NCBI RefSeq assembly: GCF_964204645.1
Contig: NC_134025.1
Coordinates: forward strand, 3,968,001 to 4,032,000
From: Tubulanus polymorphus
Lineage: Eukaryota; Animalia; Nemertea
DNA length: 64,000 nucleotides
Reading direction: 5' to 3'
Positions 38,104-49,323 of the stretch are shown one piece after another (position 1 is the first letter of the stretch; each line of letters starts with the position of its first letter). The translations under genes were made by a program, and so were the position numbers. The notes beneath the pieces are model-generated. The model made no database searches. It was not told the origin of the DNA and worked only from the letters and a program-made list of their open reading frames with translations.

Positions 38104-41064
38104 CTAGTTCAGGTTTGGCACACCTCGGATTTTGTAAGAGAGGATTGCAATTAAACAAAGACCCAACGTCATTCCAATCATACATAAGAAATTTCTGACC
38201 ATGTTGTCCTCGGCATCAGGGTAATACGTCTTCAAATACTGATTTCCATCAAATGGACATGTCGTACCTGTAAAGAATTGGTGGTGATTGCAATCAATAA
38301 ATTTACATATATATCTAAATCTATGCACAACCAAGAAGATCAATGCACAGCCATTAACTGCACTTAGTTTTGCTGGTTTTAGATTATTCAGATTTACTTA
38401 AAACCGGTACTTACCAGTGCCGCATTTAAATTTCAAATCTTTAAATTCATTTACGACAACAATCTCACTGCAGTATTTGTGTATCATCACCCAACTTAAA
38501 TCTTGTAACCCAACAAACATCGATGTAAGTGTTCTGCAATATGAAAATTCGTATCCTGAATTATTCGAAGTTGTAAAATCTCTATGTGTTAATTTATGAG
38601 TATTGTCTAGAAAATCATTATGTCGTTTGTAGAATTGTTCAATTGAACTGAATGAAACTTACTTGATAAATCCGGACGCAATAAGACCAGAAGCTGTAAG
38701 ATATAACATTACAGCTCCACATGCAATTCGGGTATTTTCCACGTAGGCTAATACCGTTAATGTTAAAAGTTCCCCATCTATCATTAAGATGAACACCACT
38801 GCCACGTAAATTCCAAACCGATCTCCAGTTGGATAAAAACCAATACTCCTGCAATGGAAAAGTTGTGATGAGTCGAATGATCATGTTCGTACTTATTGGC
38901 GTTATATGTGATCTATGGTGGAATCAACCTTACAGTTACCTACCAATAAGCTATGCTACAGAACAGAAAAGTGGTTATGAAGTCCATGATCAGTATGAAG
39001 AAAGTAAAGGACATGACGAATGAACTGGCAGAATAAAGACCATCTCTAGATTCCCGGTAAAACAAGTCTCGTAAGACAGGAACTGAAATTCCAAAATAAA
39101 GGCATTTATTCGTAAACCAGGGAAATAATTGGTATCTAATTCATACTCAAAAATCAATTCTTACGTAATGCGATGCACTGATAATTGCCAACAGCCATCG
39201 GTATTTGTACCGCCTCGTACATCAAGCCAATACGATCCTGGACACTGTTCAAATTATGTTTCAAACGACCGATGAACAACAGCAAGAAAACTGAAAACAG
39301 CGTGAACTGAAAGCGCATCAAAAACTCAGGTCGATCTCGGTATAAATTCACCATCAACCTCCTAAAAATGAGATATTTATAATTGCTGACTTAATACAAA
39401 ATAGCTTGAAGAGACATTAGTAAAAAGATAGTGATATACGAACATAGTGAGTCGAAAGGTTTTTGAGATCCAACTTGGTGATTTTCTGCTGTAAGTCAAC
39501 GCGTAGGTGTTCATTATGGCACCGGTAACATCTGTATAATCACCGCAATCACCATCCTCATTGTAGGATTCCTGTAATAAAGCATTCTCTATTCTCCCCA
39601 AGCAACTGTGATAGAGCTCAGACGTTTTGTACTGATTTACAAGATCTGAGACCTTTAACATAGTATTACGTCGTTTGTTGAGATCTCGCCTGTCTATACT
39701 CGCTAGATCCACTGTAAAAATACAAATATTATTTTTGATTGACTTTTTCTACATGCATATCAATAATTTTTCTCAGTGCGTCATTCTACTAACCAAAATG
39801 ATCTAAGGGATTCGCAGTCATCGGACACGGATGACCGATATAAGAGAAATAAGACACCATTTCTGACGCCGGGCCGAAGTACACAAGGTTTCCTAACGAA
39901 AGAATTGTGATGTTATCGAAGAGTTTGAAGATGTCAGATCGTGGCTGGTGAATAGTCAGTAGGACAATTTTATTTTTTCTTGCAAGCGATGCCAACGATT
40001 CAACGAGATGATGAGCTGTGAAACTGTCTAGACCTGAGGTCGGCTCATCCAACAGCACAATCTCTATAAAGTAGAAGACAATTCAAATAAAGTCTATATT
40101 TTTAAGTTATTCTAGTGGTGTACGTACACTGTGAATGAATTACTTGGATCTTGCAAGAGTTGAATAGCAATTGTCACTCGTCTTTTTTCACCCCCGGAAA
40201 GACTGCGATTCATATGTCCACCGATCCGTGAAGTCATCACATGTCGCAAACCCATTTCGTTTATAACTCGCATTACCTACAATTATTTACGCATTTGAAC
40301 AAATTTTATATACTCAAAATAAACATCTTACATACAATTTAAATCTTTTTTTTTCGTGAAATTCGACTCAAGCGATCGTGTATTTTCGTTAGTTCCACGG
40401 GTAGCTGTTTTTTTTCCAATATACCTGTTGTTTAATACTAAATCCGGATATATTCGATGCGAATTTCAAATGAGCAATATATGTCAATGTTTCCTGTACG
40501 GTAAGATTCGGAAGTAACCGATCAGATTGCATGACGTAGGAAGCATGCTCTTGCATTAAGGATTGTGTAACACGGGACTGATTAAAAAACACATCCCCGG
40601 TTAACTCTGCTGACCACGGAGTTCTACGCGATATCACATCTAATAAAGATGTTTTTCCTGAACCTGAAATTAATAGTAGAAAACTAAAGTATAGAATGAA
40701 CTGGCGAGTTTAGAATTTGCTGGGAAATACAAATTGATGTTTTTTCCTTACCTGAGTTACCAAGTATTGCAGTAATCTGACCACTAACTAGGTGCAAGTT
40801 GACTCCATTAAGAACTGTTTTCTTTCGTTCTTCCCTAAAACAAGCGCCCTTGTACCAGGCTCCCACTGTCTCTTTAACAACATAGGTCACTTCTTGCACA
40901 CTGAGAGTGTGATCCCCGGGAGAAGGGTTTTCTGATGTCTGAGTCGCTGCATCACTTCTATCAGCCGGTAAACGCCCGGTTAGTGTCGGAGGAGCCTTCA
41001 CGAAGGATGTTTCGGTAACGCCTTTCTTTTTGCTCGGTGGCAATAGCGGCGATCGTTCATCCAT
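38104..41064 (-). CDS. ABCG5: ABC transporter G5 (sterolin-1)-like half transporter
   Basis: GNSGSGKTS Walker A, YVMQSD Q-loop, LSGGE signature, [61 protein letters not shown]. These resemble recalled ABCG5 segments, and the gene is head-to-head with an ABCG8-like gene. Confidence 0.9.
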
Positions 41065-42371
41065 TTTTCTTCACATGCGAATAAGTTTTCCTACAAATTC
41101 CCGATTCTTATGAAACGTTTTATTCGTCTGATCGTATTGGCTGCCGGCGATTCATCTGATTGGAAGATCTATTCGTCACTCATCTGCCAATCACGAGATT
41201 CTTGCCTCGAACTATGACTCTTATCAGTTTAATGGTGTATTGACACTAAATTAGTTTCTAAGCCGCGTACTTTATTTTTCTAGTACATATGCACTAAGAT
41301 ATTTATTTTCTTTTATATATCCGGGGAATTCACTTATATACATATGACCGGTTTTCTCAATGTAAAAAAAGCCTTTCGAGACTATTTCGAAATATACCTT
41401 TCAATTATCAAGATTGAAAGTACTATACTACAAATCGGTCTGCTGCCGACAGGTATATTAGCTAAATCACAATAATCAACAATTATTCAGTAATGATTCA
41501 TTATCATGTGATGTTGTATTTTGTCTCCATAATTTGAAGCCTGTGCGATGTATTTGAATATCTATTTATTTGGTTGTTTGATCAATTTTGCGCGAAGATC
41601 GTTTGGTTTATTTCTAGCACGAATATGTTGTTATCGATATCGCATTTATCTTTGAATTTACTATTGAGCTAACAGGACTGGATTCCAGCCAGAACGATCA
41701 GTAATTCAACATTTTCGAACGAAAACAAATTCTAAACTATTTATTTCGGTCAGCAGTTAAGATATTACACTATCTTTTTAAGAAAGCAACTGCGTAAGTT
41801 AGTCCTCAAATTCATTTGCCCCTTTCGACCTTTGACCGCTGATTGAAAAAGTTTATGGAATTTTTTGACAATAATTTGGCCTTGAATAATAAATCTCAGA
41901 TAGAAGAATTGTTCAATTTTGCATCAAATACGAAATTTAAGATACAACGAATGGATTGAAACGCTCTTTCAACTAACACAAGAATCGAACTTTCTTTTTT
42001 CTATCTATCTATTAAGACGAAAAATTAAGGCAAGTTCCGCTCTTTGTTGGAAATCCTATGTTCGATGAAATCAAATCTCGTTGACAATTCAAGCTTCAAA
42101 TGCACTAGCACAATGGCTTCGATTCTTTAACCAGTTTCATCCTGATTTGTGTCTAATAATTGACCAGCCATCTTCATATTGGAGAGGTTCGTTAAAGGGT
42201 TATTTAATATACAATCAACACTTGATAATATCTCGATTACTAAATACCGAATGGTGATCGGAAAATTCAGTGCAGGTGTACTAAAGACTACACCAGTCAA
42301 GTGATAGATAAGAAAAAGGCATTACACACCCAGAATTGACACGGCAAACACGAGTCGCCGACGGTCATCAA
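41065..42371. promoter_or_regulatory. ABCG5/ABCG8 bidirectional promoter region with DR1 and GATA motifs
   Basis: 1307 bp between ATGs. DR1 CGGTCAAAGGTCG (minus, 41826-41838). GATA motifs near 41220 (CTTATCA) and 42307 (AGATAAG). Confidence 0.55.
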
Positions 42372-45274
42372 ATGGACAGCATAAAAACTCAAAATGATCA
42401 GCCATCAAATGATCAGTCAACAACAGTGGTTCATGGACTGACCAGTAACAGGTGGAAGAAAATCATGACTTCGATGAAACGAAATATTTCTGACCCGCCT
42501 TTAACTCTAGAAGCCCATAATATTAATTATCATATTGGTAAGTAGATTTTCTTTGCAATCAACGTTATTTTTCGTTACTCCGTGTTTAAAGCGTTCACTT
42601 CGTATTTCATTGTTCTTTCGGTATAATCATATTCTCTCTTCTATATTCAATTTAGATCCATCGAAAAATACATGGACTCAACGGTTTGTAAATGTAGAGA
42701 TGCCGTGGGAATGGACTACTGAGACGAATGTGAGACGGAAAGTTCTCAATGATATCAGTTTTAGTGTTACCAGTGCTCACCTTTTGGCTATCTTAGGAGG
42801 CTCTGGTAAATGAAAAATAACATCCATAAGAATTCTTTATAAAGAGTAATTTATTTGATGGCATCTCAAATCGCATTTACAGGGAGTGGAAAGACTTCTT
42901 TATTGAATGTGTTATCTCAGCGAGCCGACATGTCTGGTGTGTCTGGCTCCGTGTTGATCGATGGGAGTAAAAGAGATTTAGAATATATGCGAGATTTCTC
43001 CGCGTATGTGATGCAAGACGATTTCTTTATGCCGCAATTGACAGTTACAGAATCGCTGACATTTATCGCCAAGTTGAAACTTCCGTCGGAATTCGATAAA
43101 AATGACATCAAAGAACAGGTAAATACGACAAAATCCTGACATTCTTGTTACAATTCTGACATTAGTTCTGAATTGAAACACATTGTATTTTTGCGAGCCA
43201 GGTAAATTCGTTGATAACGGAGTTAGGGCTCGCCCACGTCGCTAATTCTAAAATTGGTGGAGAGAAAGTTAGAGGAATATCAGGTGGGGAACGTAGACGT
43301 GTCAGCATAGCAATGCAACTATTACTAGATCCCAGTAAGTCATCAGTGTTCAGAATCTTTCTTACGAGTTCTTTCATTTCGCTATGGTGTGTTTTACAAT
43401 TGATGTTCATTCATTACATTTCAGAAATTCTATTTCTGGATGAGCCCACTTCTGGTTTAGATTCATTTACCGCTTATAATTTAGTGGAAATGTTGGCAAA
43501 ACTGGCACAAAAAGACAAACTAGTGGTTATGACAATTCATCAACCCAGGTGAATTAGTAGTACCAAAAAACGGAGAGAAAATATATGTTATTTTTCTGTA
43601 GTAAATGAATTTCTCGTTTTCTGCAGGTCAAACATATTCGAGTTATTTGATCAAGTGATGATATTGACAGAAGGAAATATCGCTTATTACGGGGACGCTA
43701 AGAGAATGTCGCCATATTTTGAAAGTATCGGCTACAAGTGCCCCGATCACACAAACCCGTGCGATTTTTACGGTGAGAAAAACTCAAAAGCATAAGTTGC
43801 GAATTTAGATTATATACTTTGATTTCAACAAGATTCATTTACGTTTACCTATAGTCGACATAGCATCTTTAGACCGCAAGTCACCCAGAACCGAAGCCGA
43901 ATCTCGAAAAAGGGTAGATAAACTCATCGATGCGCATAGGAGAAACAATGTATACGCAAGAGCTTATATATTTGATGGGACTGAATATGACGATATTGAA
44001 GCTGGTTTTACACCTTCATCTCTCGTCTCCAGTCACGATTCAGCATCATCAAAACCACCAGTAGTAAAACATATAAGCACTATTCAAAAGTTTTCTGTCT
44101 TGACAAGGTACTACGTAATGTATGATGACAAATATTCACTTTGTGCATCTCATTAGTGAAAATAAGAGAGTAAAAATGATATTTTCTTCTGTAACAGGCG
44201 AGCGATTCTCAATCATGTTGAAGATTATGGATTCTTGTTAGTTCAATCCCTGGAAGCGTTAATGATGTCGTTGCTGTTAGGGGTTATATTCTGGCAACTG
44301 CAGTGCGATCAGGATGGTGTGAAGGACAGATTTGGACTGATGTTTCTGATTGGAGGCCTTTATCCTTATATGATCATCAGTGACGTCATTGGGGATTGTT
44401 AGTATACCTATGTTCACATGTCCAATAAAGTGCTAATACTAATTTTTTCACATTGTGAAATGAAAAATAACGTTTATAATTATGTTTCCAGATTGTAAAG
44501 AAGTGCCAATATTTTATAGGGAGATCCAGGATGGGCTATATACAGTCGGTCCTTATTTCTTTTCCAAGGTGATCAGACGTTAAGGAATCGTGAAATATTA
44601 TCTAGAAATATATTTAACTAATGACATAGTACGCTTTCTGCCTACGTATATCATCATTTATGATATTTCAGATTCTCAGTGAATTACCGGAACATTCTGC
44701 CTTCATGATCCTATACAGCATACCGATGTATTGGATGGCGAATCTTCAAGCCGATGCTTCTTTATTCTTTCGTGTTTTTGGTGTGACGTATATGCTTGTC
44801 TACTGCAGTCGAATATTGTCACTTTTTACAGCCGCTCTTATGCCATCTTACCAATCAGCAATTTTTGTAACACAAGCGATCTACATATCATGTTTACTCT
44901 CATCCGGATATCTCGTCAATATGGATAATATCATGGCAGGTAAGATACATTAGTTAGTTTTTTTTTGAAATAAGTGAGATCCTGGTATTAAGATTGTATT
45001 ATCTTTTGCAGGTATGAAATGGTTTACAAACTTGTCTTTTACAAGATGGGGTTATTTGGGGCTTTGTCAGACCGAGATGCCGGGATTAAATTTCACTTGT
45101 ACGAATTTGTCAAGTATCACTTGTATTTCTACTGGCGAAGAAGCCCTTAAATCATACTCTGTAGATGATTATTCGGTAGATATTGCTGTTGTTGCGATGT
45201 GGGGATGGATATTCGCTTTTCTGATGTTATTCTATATTTGTTTGAAATTTATCCCACAAAAACCACGCGACTGA
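42372..45274 (+). CDS. ABCG8: ABC transporter G8 (sterolin-2)-like half transporter
   Basis: N-terminal EMPWEW motif, [68 protein letters not shown]-terminal [10 protein letters not shown]. Start ATG 42372 is inferred. Confidence 0.92.
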
Positions 45275-45891
45275 ATACGACGGTAAAACAATAGATGTAA
45301 TTATTCCTTCTTCCTATTCCGGTGTAAATGCTAAGCATATATACAGGTTTAATGTAAATATAAAAATGTTGCATTTTGTAGATATATATATATTTAAATT
45401 ACTATCAATTTTGTAAATAAATCATCTAACACATAAAAACAACGTTGGTCATTTTTTCATTCGGGAACACAAGACCGAGCATGAAATTCAGGACCCAGGT
45501 GAGGCGTGCAACACTTTTTTTGGACTAAAGTTAGTTTAGAAAAGAATTATTTTGGCTGATTTCACTGGAATGCCGGAACCTCAACTGGGGGTAGCACCGC
45601 TGCCGGGCGACTGTACAATAGGTCCTACTTTTCCACCGCCTATCAGACTAAATTGGGCGGACTAAAGACTCCCACACAAAAATTGAATAAAAAGATAATG
45701 GAAATAATTTTTTCAAATGCACAATCTGATATTCCGCTCTATCCGCACCGTGCGTACAAATAAATTTTATTTGAATTTCATGAATCAATTATAGTCCACA
45801 ATCCTGCTGTTAGGGAATACCAATAAGGTGAAGGACGGGGATCCATCTTAATTCAGCTAAATTTGAACGAAATAATTCTGGTCGATTCACT

Positions 45892-48641
45892 ATGATTAAT
45901 TACGATCAAGCTTCGAAAACCAGCCCTTGTATGAAGTCACCAAAACCGTGCATGAAATCACCAAGCCCCAGTCCCAAATGGAAACGACCGGCTGATATAA
46001 TGAAATTGATACGTAAACGAAGAAGTTTGTCTTACAGCGGACAACAAACAAACAAGAATGAATCCTCGCCGAATAATCCAACAACCAAACATGACCGAAG
46101 GTCTACATCATCATTCAGTCCTGGTGGGGGAATAAAGCGAAAAGTAAATCCATTTCTCTGTTCGCCGAGAAAACGTTTGAAGTCGGCCAATTTGAACGAT
46201 AAGTCTACAAATTTACAGGATTTTGAGGACAGTGATTTTCAGCTGTTTCGAATGTTAGACAGTGACAAAAGAAAGGTATTGTTTCATTAGAAGTTTATGT
46301 TAGTTCAGCAAAGTTCAACTGATGAATAACTGATTTAATTTTTCCAGCAGGATAACATTACCGAGGAATCTGTATTGCCGAAACTTGATGAACTTGAAAA
46401 ATCTCATTCACCAGAAAAAATTGAAGATAATACAGTAGTAAGATATCAAACAGTAGATTTGTTATCCTCGAAATTGAGCTCGGTTGTAAACTGTTCTCAC
46501 TTAGCCTTTTTGCTTTTAGGAAGAATCACCGGTTATACAAGGCAAGTGGATTTTCCCTGTTGATTGGTCGTTAAAGATGAAACTAAGATTTTTATCAGAC
46601 TCAACTTTTAATTGGAGTCAATCATTAAAGACATTAGATGAAGCTGCTGGTATTTGCGCTGCTGTAAGATGCCAGACTTTGAATCAGGTATATTCTATTC
46701 GATTCGTATATCACATTAGATATGAAATATCTAATTTGATAATATGAAACATTAGATATGAAATAACTAATCAGATATGAAATTGAGAATGCATTTTACC
46801 TAGTATCATGTTGTCATTTTCTTAACATAGGATTGTGGTGCCAATGATAAAGTCAGATTCAAGAAGCTATGCAGTTACTGGCAACATCCAAATATTCCAT
46901 GGCTGAAGCTATACCCACGAATAGTTCCAGATCTCAGGGTTGGGTGAGATTTAATGATTCATTATACAAATTCGCATTAGTCATCACATAATTTTTAAGT
47001 TGTCAATATTTTTGAGTCCAAATTTGTTTGTAAGTCGCCAACATATTGATTACCCCAGCTATGAGCAGTTTGATATATTCATATTCTGTAGGTACTAAAC
47101 TTTCTTTCCAGGAAACACGTTCCGGGATTACTGGAAAAAATGGTTGAAGAATCACTTTATAACAACTGGTATGTAAATTACGGTATGTGTTTCTAGGGGA
47201 ATGAAGTGAGGTTCTGCATTAGTTTCGTGTTTTATTCTAGGGTGACTAGTTTTACATCGGTATTTCATCTCCTGAAGGCCAAATACTGTCCCTATTTCTA
47301 CATGTGTACGCATCAGTTTACAGTAATGTTTCGAGCGGCTGGAATCGGATCTCGGTCGATAAATGCCGTTATTACTCCTACAACTAAAGGAATTAGAGAA
47401 GCATTACAGAATGAAGGTACGTTGATTCGTATTTTATTTCATGAAGTCATTCGGTAATTCATAATGTCCTCTTTTCGATTTTGGTTTGTAGATGTTGAAT
47501 TTACGATGCCACTTAGACAGAAAGAGAACCAACCTCAATCATCAGAGTCAGAGTCGAGGTAGTATCAACATTTATGAAGGTTGATATAGCTAGGTACATG
47601 AATTTGTATATGATAGTACTATGCTATAATGATATGTTTCAGCGATACTGATAAACAAACAATTTCGAAGAATGAAGAGGATGGTTGTGAAGATGATGAT
47701 GATGAAGATGACGCTTTCACCACTGATGAAGGTGCATCGTCGTGGTTACAAGAAATGGGACTAAATAATAGAGATTTTCCCGAATTGAATCCTACTAAAA
47801 TTAAATTGTATCCTTTGGCACAGTTTTTATTTCACGCTATTGTTTTTCTATGAGAACAAGTCTTACTTAGTCCTTAATCGATTCTGCAGACAAAGAGAAG
47901 GATTCAAACAGATCGATAGTAGACCGGAATCATTAGTTTACGTGGAAGGTGGTCATACTCAAGCATTGTTTAATTATCTGTTAAATTGTCGCAGTTGTAT
48001 TGCAACCACTGGTGTTCAAGCTGGTATTCCACCCACTTTATTGTCTCCTGTTGCGTTTACAGGGGCAACACTTAAGTCCCTGCAGGTAATTAGATAGAGA
48101 ATGGACAATTCAATCAGGGAATCTTTTTATTTATTAAGTACGTATGTACGCAAATTGTTTACAAAATTCCCCTTCGTCGTGTAAACCATAATAACCATTG
48201 GGTTCATAGGTAGCGCGGAAAATTTTTGGGCCAGTCCTCATGGATGCACACATACTGTATGGACGACCTTTAAACGATTCATCAGTTCATGAATGTTTTT
48301 TTCTTTTTATCCAGACAAAGACATCGATGGTGCAACAAGAAGGTGTCGTCGGTAAAAAGCATATGTTAGAAGTTGTTGGACCGATATTGCCGCACATCGT
48401 ACACAATATTTGTGAACTCGTCTCAAATTTACACACGGAATATACGGTTTCACTGAGCACGCATGATCCATCCACTCCACTGAATGTGCGCGCCTCAACT
48501 AAGGATCCGACGTCAGAGTTTATCAATACATTCGGTTTTAGTGAAGCGACGAGTGACTTTCTAAAACAAAACCAAGAACTTAATAAAGCAGCACTCAGGG
48601 AGATAGCTTACGAAGCTGGACTCTATAAATGGGTATTATAA
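45892..48641 (+). CDS. DONSON: Protein downstream neighbor of SON (replisome/CMG assembly factor)
   Basis: [107 protein letters not shown] near 48675. Confidence 0.93.
46714..46783. repeat. Degenerate short tandem repeat (AGATATGAAAT units) in a DONSON intron
   Basis: cattagatatgaaata(t/a)ctaat occurs twice, plus partial copies. Confidence 0.6.
47808..47889 (+). other. DONSON: U12-type (minor spliceosome) GT-AG intron in DONSON
   Basis: 5'SS GTATCCTTT, branch TCCTTAAT at 47871-47878, AG at 47888-47889, no polypyrimidine tract. Splicing restores the frame (IKL|QREGF). Confidence 0.9.
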
Positions 48642-48794
48642 TTTAGTAGTGAATGAATTTTGTGCATTGTAATGAATAAACTTTAATTTTATATATATCA
48701 CGATTTTCTTAATTTTACGATCTCAATTGCGGTGACAAATGAAGTTCATCCGATGAATCACGCAAATACTGGTAGAATAATTTCCTCCTGCTTC

Positions 48795-49034
48795 GGGCGG
48801 ATCCAAGGATGTCATAGCGGCTCAGGCCCGCTATTTATTGCCAAGATAACACTTTACTGGCTTAAGAAAGTAATGCATACCGTGGAAAATAGTTCCCTGT
48901 CATTTTGTTCTAAAATCACTCCAGATGCTCGGAAAATGGTCTTTTTCAAAATCTTGGGGAGGCTCCCAGTCATGCACCAAGGCCTCGGATGTTTACGGCC
49001 CCATTATTCATAATACTTGGGATTCACTGCTGCT
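48795..49034. mobile_element. Decayed MITE-like relic between the DONSON and SON 3' ends
   Basis: GC-richer patch starting GGGCGGATCCAAG and ending TTGGGATTCACTGCTG (degenerate inverted ends). Confidence 0.35.
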
Positions 49035-49323
49035 GACTAGACAATATACTGATATTCTATGAGACTAAATTATGGAAAGTACTGTACATGATTTATTTTA
49101 TATAAAAGTAGGTTTAGACATGAACACTTCATTGATATGAACACATTTACATTATGGTATTATATACAGATATTCACAATTCACTCGATTCTTAAACAGG
49201 ATTCTATCATCGAGAATTTAACATATGTCAGCACCACACACATTGATAACAGCACAGCTCGTACAAATAACGGCTCAACAAATATGTCAGTCTTTGCACT
49301 GATATGCAATTTCATTAACACGG

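Noticed and set aside
37945-38106. Open frame of ~50 codons after the ABCG5 stop (readthrough?)
   Set aside because: TAG-T is not a readthrough-favouring context and the peptide looks random.
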